NCBI GenBank assembly: GCA_937625935.1 | Contig: OW569369.1 | Span: forward strand, 186,001-250,000 | DNA from: Tetramitus jugosus | Taxonomy: Eukaryota > Protista > Heterolobosea | Direction: 5' to 3' | DNA length: 64,000 nucleotides | In this document: one piece after another, positions 1 to 12,371 of the stretch | Position numbering within the stretch: the stretch's first letter is position 1 | Layout of the letters: each line of letters begins with the position of its first letter | The notes under the pieces: model-generated | The model's database searches: none | Seen by the model: the letters and a program-made list of their open reading frames with translations, nothing else | What the model was told of the DNA's origin: nothing | Program-made: the position numbers and the translations under genes

Positions 1-600
1 AGACTGCTCTTTTTGATCTCTAACTTGATATCACTCTCCTTGTCATCATCACCACCATCCGTTGTCAAATAAAAAGTGTGCAGCGTTCTCTGATCCAATC
101 CTGTTTCATTACAGAAAAAGCTTTGCTGAACAGCAATGGAGCTATTGTGGATCAATCCTCCATATTGCCTGAACAAGTCACGATTGAGGATGGAGACTTG
201 CAGTATAGTGCTACTGTTCTTACTGTTCCATATATCAGATGGTTTGATGCTTGCCTTCACTGTTCACCAGTCATGCAGGACACGTTTACAAAAAGTTAAA
301 ATTAGAAAAATGGCGCGCCAATGAAAAACGAAAAAGACAGTGATCAAACAAAAGCTTACAATCGAGAGAGACGTGAGGTTCTTCACGACTCAAAAACCTT
401 TTGAAAATTCGACGGAATGGGAATTCTTCCCTTGTAAAAATTCCGCTATTGTACTGGTAGAGGATGGCAAAGTCAGAAGCCTTCTTTTCAAAATTTTGAT
501 CATCAAAAGAGATCACTTTGCAGTTGATCAGACTGAACAGGGCACATAATATCAGTAGAGAAACAAGGAATATCCTTGTTTTTGATGTGTGTTGCATCAT
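1..600 (-). CDS. Secreted/ER protein with a thioredoxin-like N-terminus, 3' end runs off the window; exons 600-360 and 259-<1
   Basis: ATG at 600, signal peptide (RIFLVSLLILCALFSLINC), then KVISFDDQNFEK, which resembles the start of a PDI domain (no CxxC seen). A GTAAGC..AACAG intron at 359-260 restores an open frame to the window edge. Confidence 0.6.
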
Positions 601-776
601 CTGTTGAGTTTGTTTTTTGTTGTGTTTTATTTTGGATTTTCTGCCCAGAAAGCATTGAACGTTCAAATAACAGTTATTTTTGGTGTTGCGTGTTGGAAGG
701 GGAAATACTGGAGGCAAGCAGTGCGTTGGAGGAAGGAGTTGCAAGTTTACGGAAATTGCTTTCGAAAACACAACTC

Positions 777-2015
777 TCAGAGAAGGAGAGTCTCAGGTGA
801 GCCACCCATGCGAATAATGAGGAACTGAAGCAGTAGGTCCGGTGTCATTACCTTGGCTCTCAGTTTGTCTTGTGCATTGTCCAATTTAGATGGTGTAATG
901 CGCTCTAGCAACCATACCAAGTCAGAGCGACTTACTGTTCGATGGTTGCAGGTCACTTGCTCATCCGACAATTCATATCCTTGCCAAGTGAAGAGCACCT
1001 TTCGTTCTGACCCCTCAGAGTACTCGATATCAATGTACAACTCGGCATTCATCTCACTGATAACACCGCTGCGATCAGTAGTAGAGTGCTTACTTGCCCT
1101 GTTCTGTTCAAACTCATATTTTACATTGACATACAGCACAGAACTGTACTTTCGCTTGTCTTTTGGAATATATCTGCGCGTTGTGGACTGCTCAACCAAA
1201 TAAATCTGACTGAGGTAGAATCTTGCCTCAGAGTTAATCTCGGTGCACAGTTCTGACTCATCACGATGATAGCGTGTCATGTACAAACTCGGTTTCATGA
1301 ACCGCTCCACCGATTCACCAAACAGGTACTCGTCTTCGGAAGCAAGCAACATCTTGAGCCACGTATCAAAATAATTGTCATCTGCCTTGTGCAGCTCTCT
1401 GTTTGTCCATTCAATCATTTCCTTGAGAAACAGTGGATTCGGATAATGGCGATACCTCTTCATCAAATATTCCATCTTGTCCAATCGATACTTTGAACCG
1501 AGTTCCAATTCCTTTCGTTCCTTGTAATAAGTCTTCCAACTCGTCAGACACTGCTTATTGATAATGTTGCTCCGTTCCTGAGCCAACTGAAGATCCTTTT
1601 TTTGCTTTCGTTCCTTGTTCTTGACTTGGTCGTCATTGTCATCATCACCACTGTCCGTATTCGTATCTGTATCACTGTCCGTTTCATCATCATCATCACT
1701 GTCATCATCTTCATCATCATCATCATGATGACTACGACGATGATTAGACGTCAGTGAAATGGGAAAGTGCCAATTGAGATTGTACTTGGACTTTGATATT
1801 TGACTCCAATGAAAGTTTTGAGAACTGAGGAGGAACCATTTCTTGCAGACGAGACTCGCATGACGACAAATGTCTCTCGCATCCAAAAAGGAGAAAATTT
1901 GAAAAATGACAAACAAGTCCTTGGAGAATTGACTGTGGAGTTGATCAACGTGGGCATCAGTTGTTGCCATGTCAACTGATCGAGGTTGATAAACTGCAGC
2001 TTGTTCTGATGGCAT
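777..2015 (-). CDS. F-box protein with an acidic low-complexity insert
   Basis: 412-aa ORF; F-box motif DLFVIFQIFSFLDARDICRHASLVCKKWFLLSSQNFHW; poly-Asp tract; SWKTYYKER motif after the F-box. Confidence 0.8.
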   Translation of the reverse strand: MPSEQAAVYQPRSVDMATTDAHVDQLHSQFSKDLFVIFQIFSFLDARDICRHASLVCKKWFLLSSQNFHWSQISKSKYNLNWHFPISLTSNHRRSHHDDDDEDDDSDDDDETDSDTDTNTDSGDDDNDDQVKNKERKQKKDLQLAQERSNIINKQCLTSWKTYYKERKELELGSKYRLDKMEYLMKRYRHYPNPLFLKEMIEWTNRELHKADDNYFDTWLKMLLASEDEYLFGESVERFMKPSLYMTRYHRDESELCTEINSEARFYLSQIYLVEQSTTRRYIPKDKRKYSSVLYVNVKYEFEQNRASKHSTTDRSGVISEMNAELYIDIEYSEGSERKVLFTWQGYELSDEQVTCNHRTVSRSDLVWLLERITPSKLDNAQDKLRAKVMTPDLLLQFLIIRMGGSPETLLL

Positions 2016-2344
2016 GATATATGTGTACGGCTATAGGCGATTGTTGTTGTCACACAGAGATCAGTTTTTTGGTTCTGGGTGACTTTTTTTCCTGTGGTTC
2101 ATGTCAAACATCATCTGAAAGCAGGTAGCACTTACATCTACAGTAGTTGGGACAATTTTCTGCAGTAAACTAAGTTTTCCTTCCAAAAAGATTTCGCATA
2201 ATCAAAGAGGAAGAAACAATACATTAGATTCCTACCGAACAAGAAAAGGAGTGCTGGGGTCACACTGGGTGAAGGGCCTCAACACTCAATAGCCGGTTCT
2301 CACCAAACACTGCAAAAAGACAATGAAATGAAACACTATGTCGT

Positions 2345-5300
2345 TTATTCTTCTTCATCATCGGAGTCTTCCTCACTCAACCGTTTGAACATCTTTGTGC
2401 TGTAATCAACCACGGTCTTCGCCTCCTTATCATCCTTGACAAATTCGCTGGTGGTATATCTCTTCAGGTTGTCACCAGAGCCGAGAATATAGAATAGAGC
2501 ACGTTCGCTTGCGTACTTGTTGCCCTTTTGTTGCATGAGCATTGGAACCCATGAGAACAGTGGCGATACATTAGCGATTCCCTCAAGTCTAAATCTCTTG
2601 GCAATATTCTTCATCAATCCGACAATCTCGGCCTTAATAAACGAGTTGGATGAATCTGTCAAACCAAAGCCAAGAACTTCAATAACACGAGTGGCAATTG
2701 GTTTCTTGAGTGCACTGTCCCATGACTTCTTAACGAACAATACTGCTAATAAAACAGAATAGGCAGCACGAGCAGCATTCAATCTGCTAGAGATATTGTC
2801 GTCAATCAGGGCAATAGCATCTCTGATCTGTTCAGGGGACAAGTTGTCAGAAACTTCGGTTGTGAACATTGCAGACAAGATGGCCAATCTGCTCTCCAAG
2901 GAGTCTTCTTCCTCATCATCAGATACAATATCATTGGCAAACACAGTTTCCAACTCTGTTTGAGACATAGCCTTCATACATTGAACAAGACAGTTGGCAC
3001 CAACACTTCTAATCTTTTCAAGAGTTGGACTGTTTTGGTTGAATGCACCATTCAAAATGGCAACTGATTGTGGAACGACAGTATTTTCACGAACTTCCAA
3101 TAGTGCGAAAATGGTTTGGGTGATAGAGGTCAACATAGTTGGTTTCAATGTTTTAACGACACTGTCAGATAGGATGTTGTGCAAAGCTTGCAACAAAGCA
3201 ATGCAAACACCTGCCATTTGCTGATCGAATTGGATGGAAACTTTGTCGCTCAACTTCAGGAAAGCATTCTTCTTGAGAGTGGTTAGAATTTCTGTGATGA
3301 GACCATCGATTCTTGGATTCATTCCAACTAGTTTACCAAGAGCTGCAGCAGCCTTTGATCGAACAGCTTCATTAGAATCTTGCAAAGCCTTGATAAAAGC
3401 GGACTGCAATGGAGGCAAGAAAGGTTTCAAATTATTGCCACCCTTCTCAAGCATCAAGCTGAGAGATTTCAGGATGGCAGACTTAACTTGCCATGGCAGA
3501 CGGTCACCAACAACGAGGATAAGTGGACCAGTGATAGCTCTCACGAAAGGAGCCAATGACTCTGTTGAAGTCAGCTCAATAATATCACCTAGACCGATTG
3601 CTGCTTGTTCCTTCACTTCAACAGTCTTACCGTATCTCAAACCTTGCAAGAAGACTTCCAACAGAGGCTGCAAGCTATTTGGCACAATGTTGAATCCAGG
3701 CAAGAGATCGACGATACGATTACCTTGGTCATCCTCGGTTTGAGAACGGATGATCTCACGAATAGGAGTGATGTAGTTTGGTAAAATGTCCTTTGTCATC
3801 ACTCTCATCATGCTTGAACAAGCGTGCCAAGCCGTCTTTACAGTCTCTTCTGAAGGATCGTTGAATGATTTCAATATTCCTTCTAACAAAGCAACAGAGT
3901 GCTCCTCTAGGAATTCTTCATCCTCGAGCAGTTGTTGAATCTTCATGTTGTCCTTCTCTCCCGAAGCGAGTGATTCGAAATAAAGTTGGATGACGAGCAA
4001 TGCAGCTCTTCTGACATGAGCTTCATTGCGACCAAGTAATTCAGTCATGGCATCAACAAACACGAACAAGTTATCCGTATTAATAGTTGAAACAGCAGAG
4101 AAAATTGCCAATAGCATAGCGGTGAGCAAGTTGGAGGAAGTCATGCCCTCTTCCTTGTACTTGATTGAATTTGCGTCGAACAATGCTTCACTCTTAATAG
4201 CATCTGCAATGGCTTCAGTGTACACAGTGACAATTGTTGTGAGTTGATTCTGAAGATGATTCTCATTACTGTCGTCAAGGGAGTTACTGATTGAAGCCAA
4301 AGTTCTGGCTTGAGTGATCGTAATTGGTTTCTTGATCAGGGATGGAACAAGTTTAGGCAAAACATGTTGTGCTCTCACCTTGATCAATTGTCTCAAGCCA
4401 GACAAACCAATTTGTTGTTGAGCCTCATGGTTGGATGACAAATCCTTCAACAATTGATTTACAATCTCTTGAACGGCCTTCTGACCCATAACTCTGAACA
4501 ACACATCAAACAATTCGGCAGCAGCATCCTGTACTTCTTCATCTTTGTCACAAACAGCAAGTTTGACTGCAGGTAGAAGCACATTTGTGAATCTTTGCAA
4601 TTGTCTCTCATTGGATGAGTTCAACAATTCCTTCAGACCAATGCATACACCTTGTCTAACTTCTGGATCGTTAGATTTGAGTTGTTCGGTCAACAGTGGA
4701 ATCAAGTCTGATACGACAGTATCACCAAGCTTCATCACCAATTCACCCATGGTGCGACCAGCAATCAATCTTTGCTCCTCAGAACGTCTCAAATGAGAAA
4801 TCAACAAAGAAATTAATGAAGTGTGGACAATACTCTTCAATAATCGAGGAGTATTGACAACCATAGCTCTCCACAAGGTAACAGCCTGAGACTTCACAAC
4901 AGCATGAACATCGTTCTGAAGCATGAACAGGACAGCCAAGATGTGGTCCATAGTTGCCTTACCCAAAACTTGAGTCAATACTCCCAAGTTGATATGAACG
5001 TCAGAGAGCATTTCCTCCTCACCACCATCTGCGACACCCTCTTCTTCTTCCTCCTCTTCCTTGCGGCTTCTGGCAGACTCAGCATTGGCCTTTGCCAAGC
5101 GGCTCAAGAATTCATACATTAACATAACTGAAGCATGTCTTGTTCTCCATTCTTCATTCTCCATACCATCTCGCAATGCAGGGAATAGCAATTCAAGAGA
5201 TGTTGGAGATGTGGTGAACAATTCAACAATAACCTTGCAACTTTGAAGAGCACTATCTCTGACAGACTCTGCCGGGTCGGATAAACCATTAAGGATGACA

Positions 5301-8300
5301 GGCAGACACACTGGCAAAAATTGCTCGAATTTAGTCTTCATCAATGCTGGCAGGTAAATGAAAATTTGCAAATAACCTTCGCGAACATTCTTATGAACCT
5401 CCACTTTGTTGTCAGCTTCTTCAGCGTCTTCAGCTGGTTGGCCACTAATTTGAGACAAGAGATACGGCAAAATTTCTTGCAAGTGCGAAACTCCTTGTGC
5501 GGCGATAATTTCACAAAGAGCTTGAGCTGCACCACCTCTCTCAACAGTAGTCAGCTTGTTATCAGTTCTCTTCAAGGTGTCATGCAACCATGGAACGATA
5601 TCACCCATTTGATCTTGTCCAATGCTCTTGCACAAAGAACCTATGGCCTTTGCGGATGCAGTTCTAACTTGAGGATTTGGATCCATTAAACTATTCTTGA
5701 GTAAAGGAACAACAGTTGGAATGTAGGGCATCAAGTCCTTTGGATCAGTAGTCAATAGAGACATGGATCCAATAATTTGAGCACTCTTTCTCTTGAGCTG
5801 AATGCCTCGCTCCTTCAATCCTCTAAGAAGAATTGGAATCAACAGAGCTAAAGAGGCAACATCAATAGAATGAGTGAAGCGGGTATGGATGAGAGCCTCC
5901 AATACAACATCAGCAAACTTCTCTGGATCTTCAAGAGCATTAATAATGACAGGTACCTGGGAGGTAATTTCAGGATTGGCAACAGCACTTCCGACACGCT
6001 CCAACGCCTTTCTAGCGGCCTCACTCACTTCAGAATGAGCATCGCTGAGGTTGTCAGTAAGTGCTCTCACAACAATCGGCAAGTTGCTTGAAAGTTGACG
6101 AGGAGCACAGTAAGCCATATGACCAAGTAACTGAATATTGGCTCGCTTTTGTCTCCAATTTGAAGCATTGTCGCGTGAAACAGCATCCAAAGTGCTTGGC
6201 AGAATCATACGAACACCGTGACCAGTCATGAAAGCCATGACATGAGTAGCAGCATCATTTGCAGCATCTCTAACATCTTTTCCGTTGTCAGAGAAGCCTT
6301 CAAACACAATGTTTGGAATGACTTCAACAATAAAAGGTTCAAAGAGCTTACCGAAGGTTCTAGCCAAACATTCGTATGCCAACATTACTCCCTCTCGTTG
6401 CTTCTTCTCTGTCTTTGGGGCATTATGAAGTGCAATGTGAAGCTTCTTCAGAACCTTGTAAATGTATGTTACACCAAGACCTCTAACGGCTCCAGCCAGA
6501 CCCCAGGCCATACCTCTACGGTCTCCATAAGTCTTTCCCTTACGCAAACCAGATAGAAGTTTATCCACAATTTCTGAAATGAGGCCCTCATTGGCCTTCG
6601 ACTGACTCATAATCTGGGTAAGAGGTGTGAGGGCTTGACAAACCGATTGTTGAACAGTGTTCGATTGAACATGCAATGTGTGTACCAATCTGTCAATGAC
6701 CTTTGCTAAACGCTCATCTGTTGGAGATAAATATCTAGCAACCGATCCAAGGAACACAACCACACTTCCCACAATATAATCGCTCTTGCCCTTGCTGATC
6801 TTCAAGAAGTTTTCGAACAAGTTAATTAAATGCTCCTTATTTTGTTTGCCGCGATGATCAATGATCGCTAATCCAGCAGAGACAAATTCATCTGATGCTA
6901 CAGAATCATTCAATCCATGTTCGAATATAAAATTGAATACTGGATCAATATGGGTCACAGCATCGACAAAGAATGGGGCGCATTCGATGAGAGCTGCACT
7001 AACACCCCAACAAATGTGTTCGTTCTTGGCACTCTGCTTGGAGTACAGATCAAACAAAACAGAAACTGCATCCACAACTGCAGCAGCTTGCTCAGATGTT
7101 TGGTCTCCAGATTCAACTGATAAGAGCTCAATAGCACCAGCAAGGGCGGCAGCTGCAGTATACTTGACATACTCTGACTCATTGCCCAAAAGACTATAAC
7201 AGTAAGTTCGCAATTTGTCACTTAGAACGACCAGTTGCTTGGAGTCATCAGTCAATAGCATAGACTTAATTCTAGACCAAACCTTCTCAGCGATCGCAAT
7301 ATGTTGCTCAGCTTCGTCGAATTGTGCATAAAAGGTAGCATGCACAAGCAGTGAGTCAGGAGTTAAGACTTGAGCGAGGGCTTCAGAATGTAATCGAACG
7401 TACTCTTCAATTGTCTTCAAACAAGCATTTCTAGCATTCTCTGTCTCGCTGTGGGTCAATCCATTCACGATTGCAGCAATATCAGCATCGGTCTTTGATG
7501 TAACAGACAAAAATGGAGCCATAGACAATAACGCATTGGATGCTTGCTTACCCAAGTGGGGTATGTAGTTCAGAACTTCGTGTACACAAACACAAATGAC
7601 AGCCTCTCTGAGTCTTGGAGTCAAACTATCCAATCCAGCATGAATACTGAGCATAGACATAGCTGTACTCAAGCTACTCGAAGAGAATCTTCTGTCCTTC
7701 GAACCAACAACATTCTTGCGATTTAGAACTGCTTGCAAAAATGGAAGGAGGCATGAGAATGTAGTGGCAGAAACGATATGGCCTTGAAGCGAAAGTCTCA
7801 ACTTTGAGATTACGCTCTCACCAAACTTGAGGTCGCTATCGTTCAATACTCTTGACTCATCTCGTTTTCCTGCAATCAATCTGTAGGTTGCATCCGATAG
7901 CATGCGGGCCAGAGCAGATGAAGTGAGAGCAGATGATGTTGTGTGTTTAAAAACGTGAGAGATACTGAACTGGTACTGAGCCACGTATTGATAAATGGAC
8001 TTCGCTTGCAAAGAGAGTTCTGAGAATGGACATGCAAATAAATCTGTGACGAGAGACATGATCAAATGCCATGCTTGTCCTCTTTGAATATTGGAGTATT
8101 GAGCCTGTCTTAATATGATCATATCAATTGCTCTCAAGCACCACTGGACTGCCAAATAATTAACTTGAATTCTATCCCTAGTTGCGTTCTCCTTTTCCAG
8201 AATTATGTTGGACACCAGCATTTTACGAATATCTTGAATGCTTCTTGGTTCAGACTTAACCTTTGCCTTTTGCTGCTTGAGCAAATCTTTTTGGTGAATA

Positions 8301-11056
8301 TCAGTCTCTTTTTTCATTACATCATCCCATTCTGCGAGAGTCAGAGAATACTTCTTGGATTCATAATCATCCTTACTCTTCAAGAACATTGGATTGTTGG
8401 CAAGCTCCGATTCAACATCATGGTAGCTTGTGCCATCCTTGACCATAAATACAGCAAGATCTTCGTCATCGACTGCAATGAGTTCATTAGAATGCTCTCT
8501 GAGTAAATCGGACAGGGCACCTAGGATCTGTTGTCCAGCAACTTCCTCAGGACTCAACAACTCGTTAAAAGTCTCTTTTTGCTTCATAAATGTTGCTGTT
8601 GTTAAAGCATAAACTGCTGCCTCCCGTATCAAATCGTTCTTACTGATGATCAAGTAATCAATCAGAATTGGAACAATTGCTGAAATATTGTTTTGGAACC
8701 AAGCATCTGTGAAGCCCTGGGTTCTATATTTCACATATTCATCCCACAATTCACTAACATTCTTCCTGGTTCTCTTTTCCGATAATTGGTAAAGCATGAG
8801 AGGATGATGGCAATAAATAAATACCTCAGCTACATCAGCAGCCTTGGATTCCTCGGTAAGTTGAGGAGCTAATACTAAGAATGCAAAAATTAGAGTCTTG
8901 GTGGAGTAACTGTGCTTTGGTTTGGACAACTCCTCCTCTTCTACTTCGACAGAAATATACTTTGAAGATTCAATCTTTTGTTGTTTGTAATCCTCTTCTG
9001 CTTCCTTCAGGACACCAGAGCAGAAACCATTAGAGTAGAGCATATCGACAACCGCTGGAGCAGATGATCTATTCGTTTTGATGGCTCTTGCAAGCTGCTG
9101 TCTGGCATTGCAAGAAACAGTATTGACTAAGATCTTACAGGCTGTAGTCAAGACATCATTTGATTCGTTTGTCTTAAGTGCTAGATTCTTAAAATATTTT
9201 GGATTGAACAAAACTTGTTCAAAAAGACTGGCATAAACAACAAAGTCTTGATCGTTGGTTAACCTTTGTAAATTATCTGCTGTGACCAAATAGGATGCCT
9301 TGCCACTCAATGCACGTTGATAAATATTCAGCTTTGTGGCTTCCTTATCAGCGAGCGAAACATGTTCAGCAAGTCGCAATAAGGAAGATGTGCAATAAAT
9401 AGCGAAAAGTCTATCAGCTAACTTCTTCTCAGAGCCAGCAATAACAGCGCCCAAGTAGTCAACAACCTTCTTAATAATTGGATCATTATTGTTGGCTAAG
9501 CTGCTCGCATGGTTACCGATGCACACAACAATTCGTTTAAACATATGATCTGGCTCGTTGACTGTTCCCTTTCTAGTGCTCAAACAAGCGAAGAGTGCTT
9601 CAAGAATAGGAGATGACAATGCCAATCCATCGGTGTAGAAAAACTGGTTCAAGGTATCAACAACAGATGCCTTTACATCATCAGTTTCAGCACCCTTTAG
9701 TATACTGATCAATAGGTCGACATGTTTCTGTTGTTTTTCTTCAATGTGAGCAAAGCATCTAAATATTGAAATCTTTGCCTCAACATCTAATCCTCCCGAT
9801 CTGAGCAAATTAGTGATGGCGTCAAAGAATTGATTCGATAATTGCGATTTGAATGCTGCGTCTAAAACCAACAATCCTTCGTTACACACACACTTGTCTT
9901 GTGTCTTAAGCATATCAACCACATCTGGAATGACACGATCAGTTGGAGCAACCAAAAAGAATTGAGCAATCATTTTAGAGATCTTGTCCTTTGATCTCTT
10001 GTAAGCCTTTTCCAGAGTATTCAATGTTTCATCGACATTGCCCTTGGCAATGATTGAAAAGGTGGGTACCCATGTAGATTTTCCATCATCTGCAAACTTG
10101 ATGTCTGCTTGTGTCGATTTAAGTATAATCTCATTGACGTATTGGGTCAATTTCTTTGAGAGAAATGAAAAAAAAAACAAGAAAATGGGTATTAGCACCA
10201 ATGATCACACATTACGACAACCAAAAAAAGCAAAACATACATTTTGATCATCAGGAATTTCAGCAAAATTTAAGTGATGAAGAGCACCAGTCATTGCGAA
10301 TGCATTGACATCAGATCGCTCCAAAAATGTTTCAAAAGCGTGCATGTTCACAGTATTACCAAATGCACTGCTCAACATTGAAGCCACTCTCTTGGCACAC
10401 TTGAAAGCATGTGTTTTCTCAAATTTGTTCAAATCATTCATGTGCTGGCAGTATTGCTCAGGGTGCTCAGCATACAATCGAGACAAAATATCGACCAACA
10501 CTTGATACACATTGGTGAGCACTGGAATCGCAGTCGTACTCTTAAAATTACTCAAGAGTGCAGCTACAATGGCACTAGAAATGACTTGAACAAGTGTGGA
10601 TTGAACATGAACATAGCTCAAGAATCCATGGCGATCATAAGATTGAACAAATTTTGCAAAAAGTGATAATCGATGAGCAATATCGGACTCTGATTGTTTC
10701 ATGATTGCCTTTGACGCGATTGTTGCCAAATAGGATTGGAATTTCAAATCAAAACAAACGGACAAAAAACTTGGATTCAACAGAATACTCGTCAAAAAAG
10801 CTTCTGCATCATTCCAATTGTTGCTATTGGTTTGATCAATGCTCTGATCGAGTGATGATTGATTCATCATCCAAGTCTCCATAATTTTCCTTCTCTTCTT
10901 CAATGAGGCTGTTCGAATAAGTAGCTTTCTCACAGTTTTAGGATCAACTGCTTTTTTAGCAAGTGAAGAGATGGGCGGAGTGACAGGAGACACTTCACCC
11001 ATTTCTTCATGTTGTTGTTGTTGTAATGGTTGTTGTTGTTGTTGATCAGCACTCAT
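2345..11056 (-). CDS. GCN1: GCN1 HEAT-repeat activator of the eIF2alpha kinase GCN2 (~2870 aa); exons 11056-10241 and 10153-2345
   Basis: Characteristic GCN1 segments: RRGMAWGLAGAVRGLG, LGHMAYCAPRQLSSNLP, HSIDVASLALLIPILLRGL, VERGGAAQAL, ITGPLILVVGDR. A GTATGT..AAG intron at 10240-10154 joins the two ORFs in phase 0. Confidence 0.93.
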
Positions 11057-11412
11057 TTTTTTGTTGATTTACAAATGCACGTTTTGTTGGTGATATCAAA
11101 GTATGCCTTGGAAAAAAAACTGGTGTGAGTGGTTTGTTGTTGCTGCGTGTGTGGAAAGCTGTCTTGATTCTTCACACAATTTTTTTGCTTCGTGAAAGCT
11201 ATTGGGCGCATTTGGAGCAGGAACATTCGTCCGACGTCCGACAATCATTTACAATATCAAAACTGCATTGTTCAACGAGATGGGCCCACGGAAAAACCAA
11301 AAATTTATGATCTTGCTGGATGTTCTGTGCTTCGTAAACTGTCATCACCAAAATCTCCCCAACGAACAAGAGAGATAAAAATCAAAAAAAAAGTTCCTGC
11401 CAAAATAAAGCC

Positions 11413-12294
11413 ATGATTCGATCTGTCCAATTGACCAGCATCTTTGCTGCCAAGACTGTTCTTCAACGTCCATCCACTACCAACAACATGATGATTGGTA
11501 TGATGAGCCAACCAACCATTATGCTCAACCGATCATACTCCACCAATGACACTGCCACCAGAGAAGAAGCCCAAAAGATCAAAGCTAAGATCGATATCAA
11601 AAAGCTTGTTGCCGAAAAGGAAAGAAAGATGAGAGTGCGTGAAGAGCAAAGAGAGAAGACTAGAGCTCTCAAGCAAAAGGAAGCTGAGAAGAAGGCTCTT
11701 GAGAAGCAAAAGCAAAAGCTTGCACAAGAAAAACTTAAAAACTTTAAAAAGTTGCAAGATGAGAAGGCAAGAGAAAGAAAGAAGAAGCAAGTGTTGGCTG
11801 ATTTGAAGAGGAAGCAAATGGAAAAATTGAAGGAGAAGTTGAAGCTTCAAAGAGAGAAGGAAGCAAGCAAGGGAATGAGAAAGAAGGATCCAAACAGGCC
11901 AAAGAAGGCCATTTCTGCTAGATTCTGGTTCTTCTCTGATCAATATAACAAGGTTAAGTCAACTATGACCGCTAATGGTCAACCAACAGACTTGGCTTCT
12001 GTCTCTCAAGAATTGCGTCGTCAATTCGATGAATTGAGTGAAGAAGCAAGAGCAAAGTATAACTTGTTGGAGCAGAATGATCGTCAAAGATATCAAAGAG
12101 AAAGAGCTGCCTATGATCAAAAGAAGTTAGAAACAAAGAGACCTCTCAGTGCTTACAACGCATTCTTCAAAGATCAATTCCCAAAAGTTGCAGCTGAGAA
12201 TCCTCAACTCAAATTTGTTGAAATCACAAAGTTGCTTGCTGAAAAGTGGAATTCTGCTGACGAGAGCACCAAGCAAGGTTATAAGACTAACTAA
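11413..12294 (+). CDS. Mitochondrion-targeted tandem HMG-box protein (TFAM/Abf2-like)
   Basis: Acid-free presequence ending in RSY/S, a Lys-rich coiled coil, and two HMG boxes (KKDPNRPKKAISARFWF..., KRPLSAYNAFFKDQFPKV...LAEKWNS). Confidence 0.75.
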   Translation: MIRSVQLTSIFAAKTVLQRPSTTNNMMIGMMSQPTIMLNRSYSTNDTATREEAQKIKAKIDIKKLVAEKERKMRVREEQREKTRALKQKEAEKKALEKQKQKLAQEKLKNFKKLQDEKARERKKKQVLADLKRKQMEKLKEKLKLQREKEASKGMRKKDPNRPKKAISARFWFFSDQYNKVKSTMTANGQPTDLASVSQELRRQFDELSEEARAKYNLLEQNDRQRYQRERAAYDQKKLETKRPLSAYNAFFKDQFPKVAAENPQLKFVEITKLLAEKWNSADESTKQGYKTN

Positions 12295-12371
12295 AGTGGA
12301 GAATTGTTGCAAGGGCTTCATGCAATAAAAAAGTGTGTACAAAACAAAGTGATAACTAAAATTTTAATGTA

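Noticed and set aside
2517-8612. Numerous plus-strand ORFs inside GCN1
   Set aside because: Shadow ORFs of a long coding sequence.
10154-10240. Apparent split of GCN1 (and of BBS5, CCT6, PITP and the ARM gene) into separate ORFs, suggesting frameshifts or recoding
   Set aside because: Each break is explained by a GT-AG intron in the correct phase; no alternative genetic code is needed.
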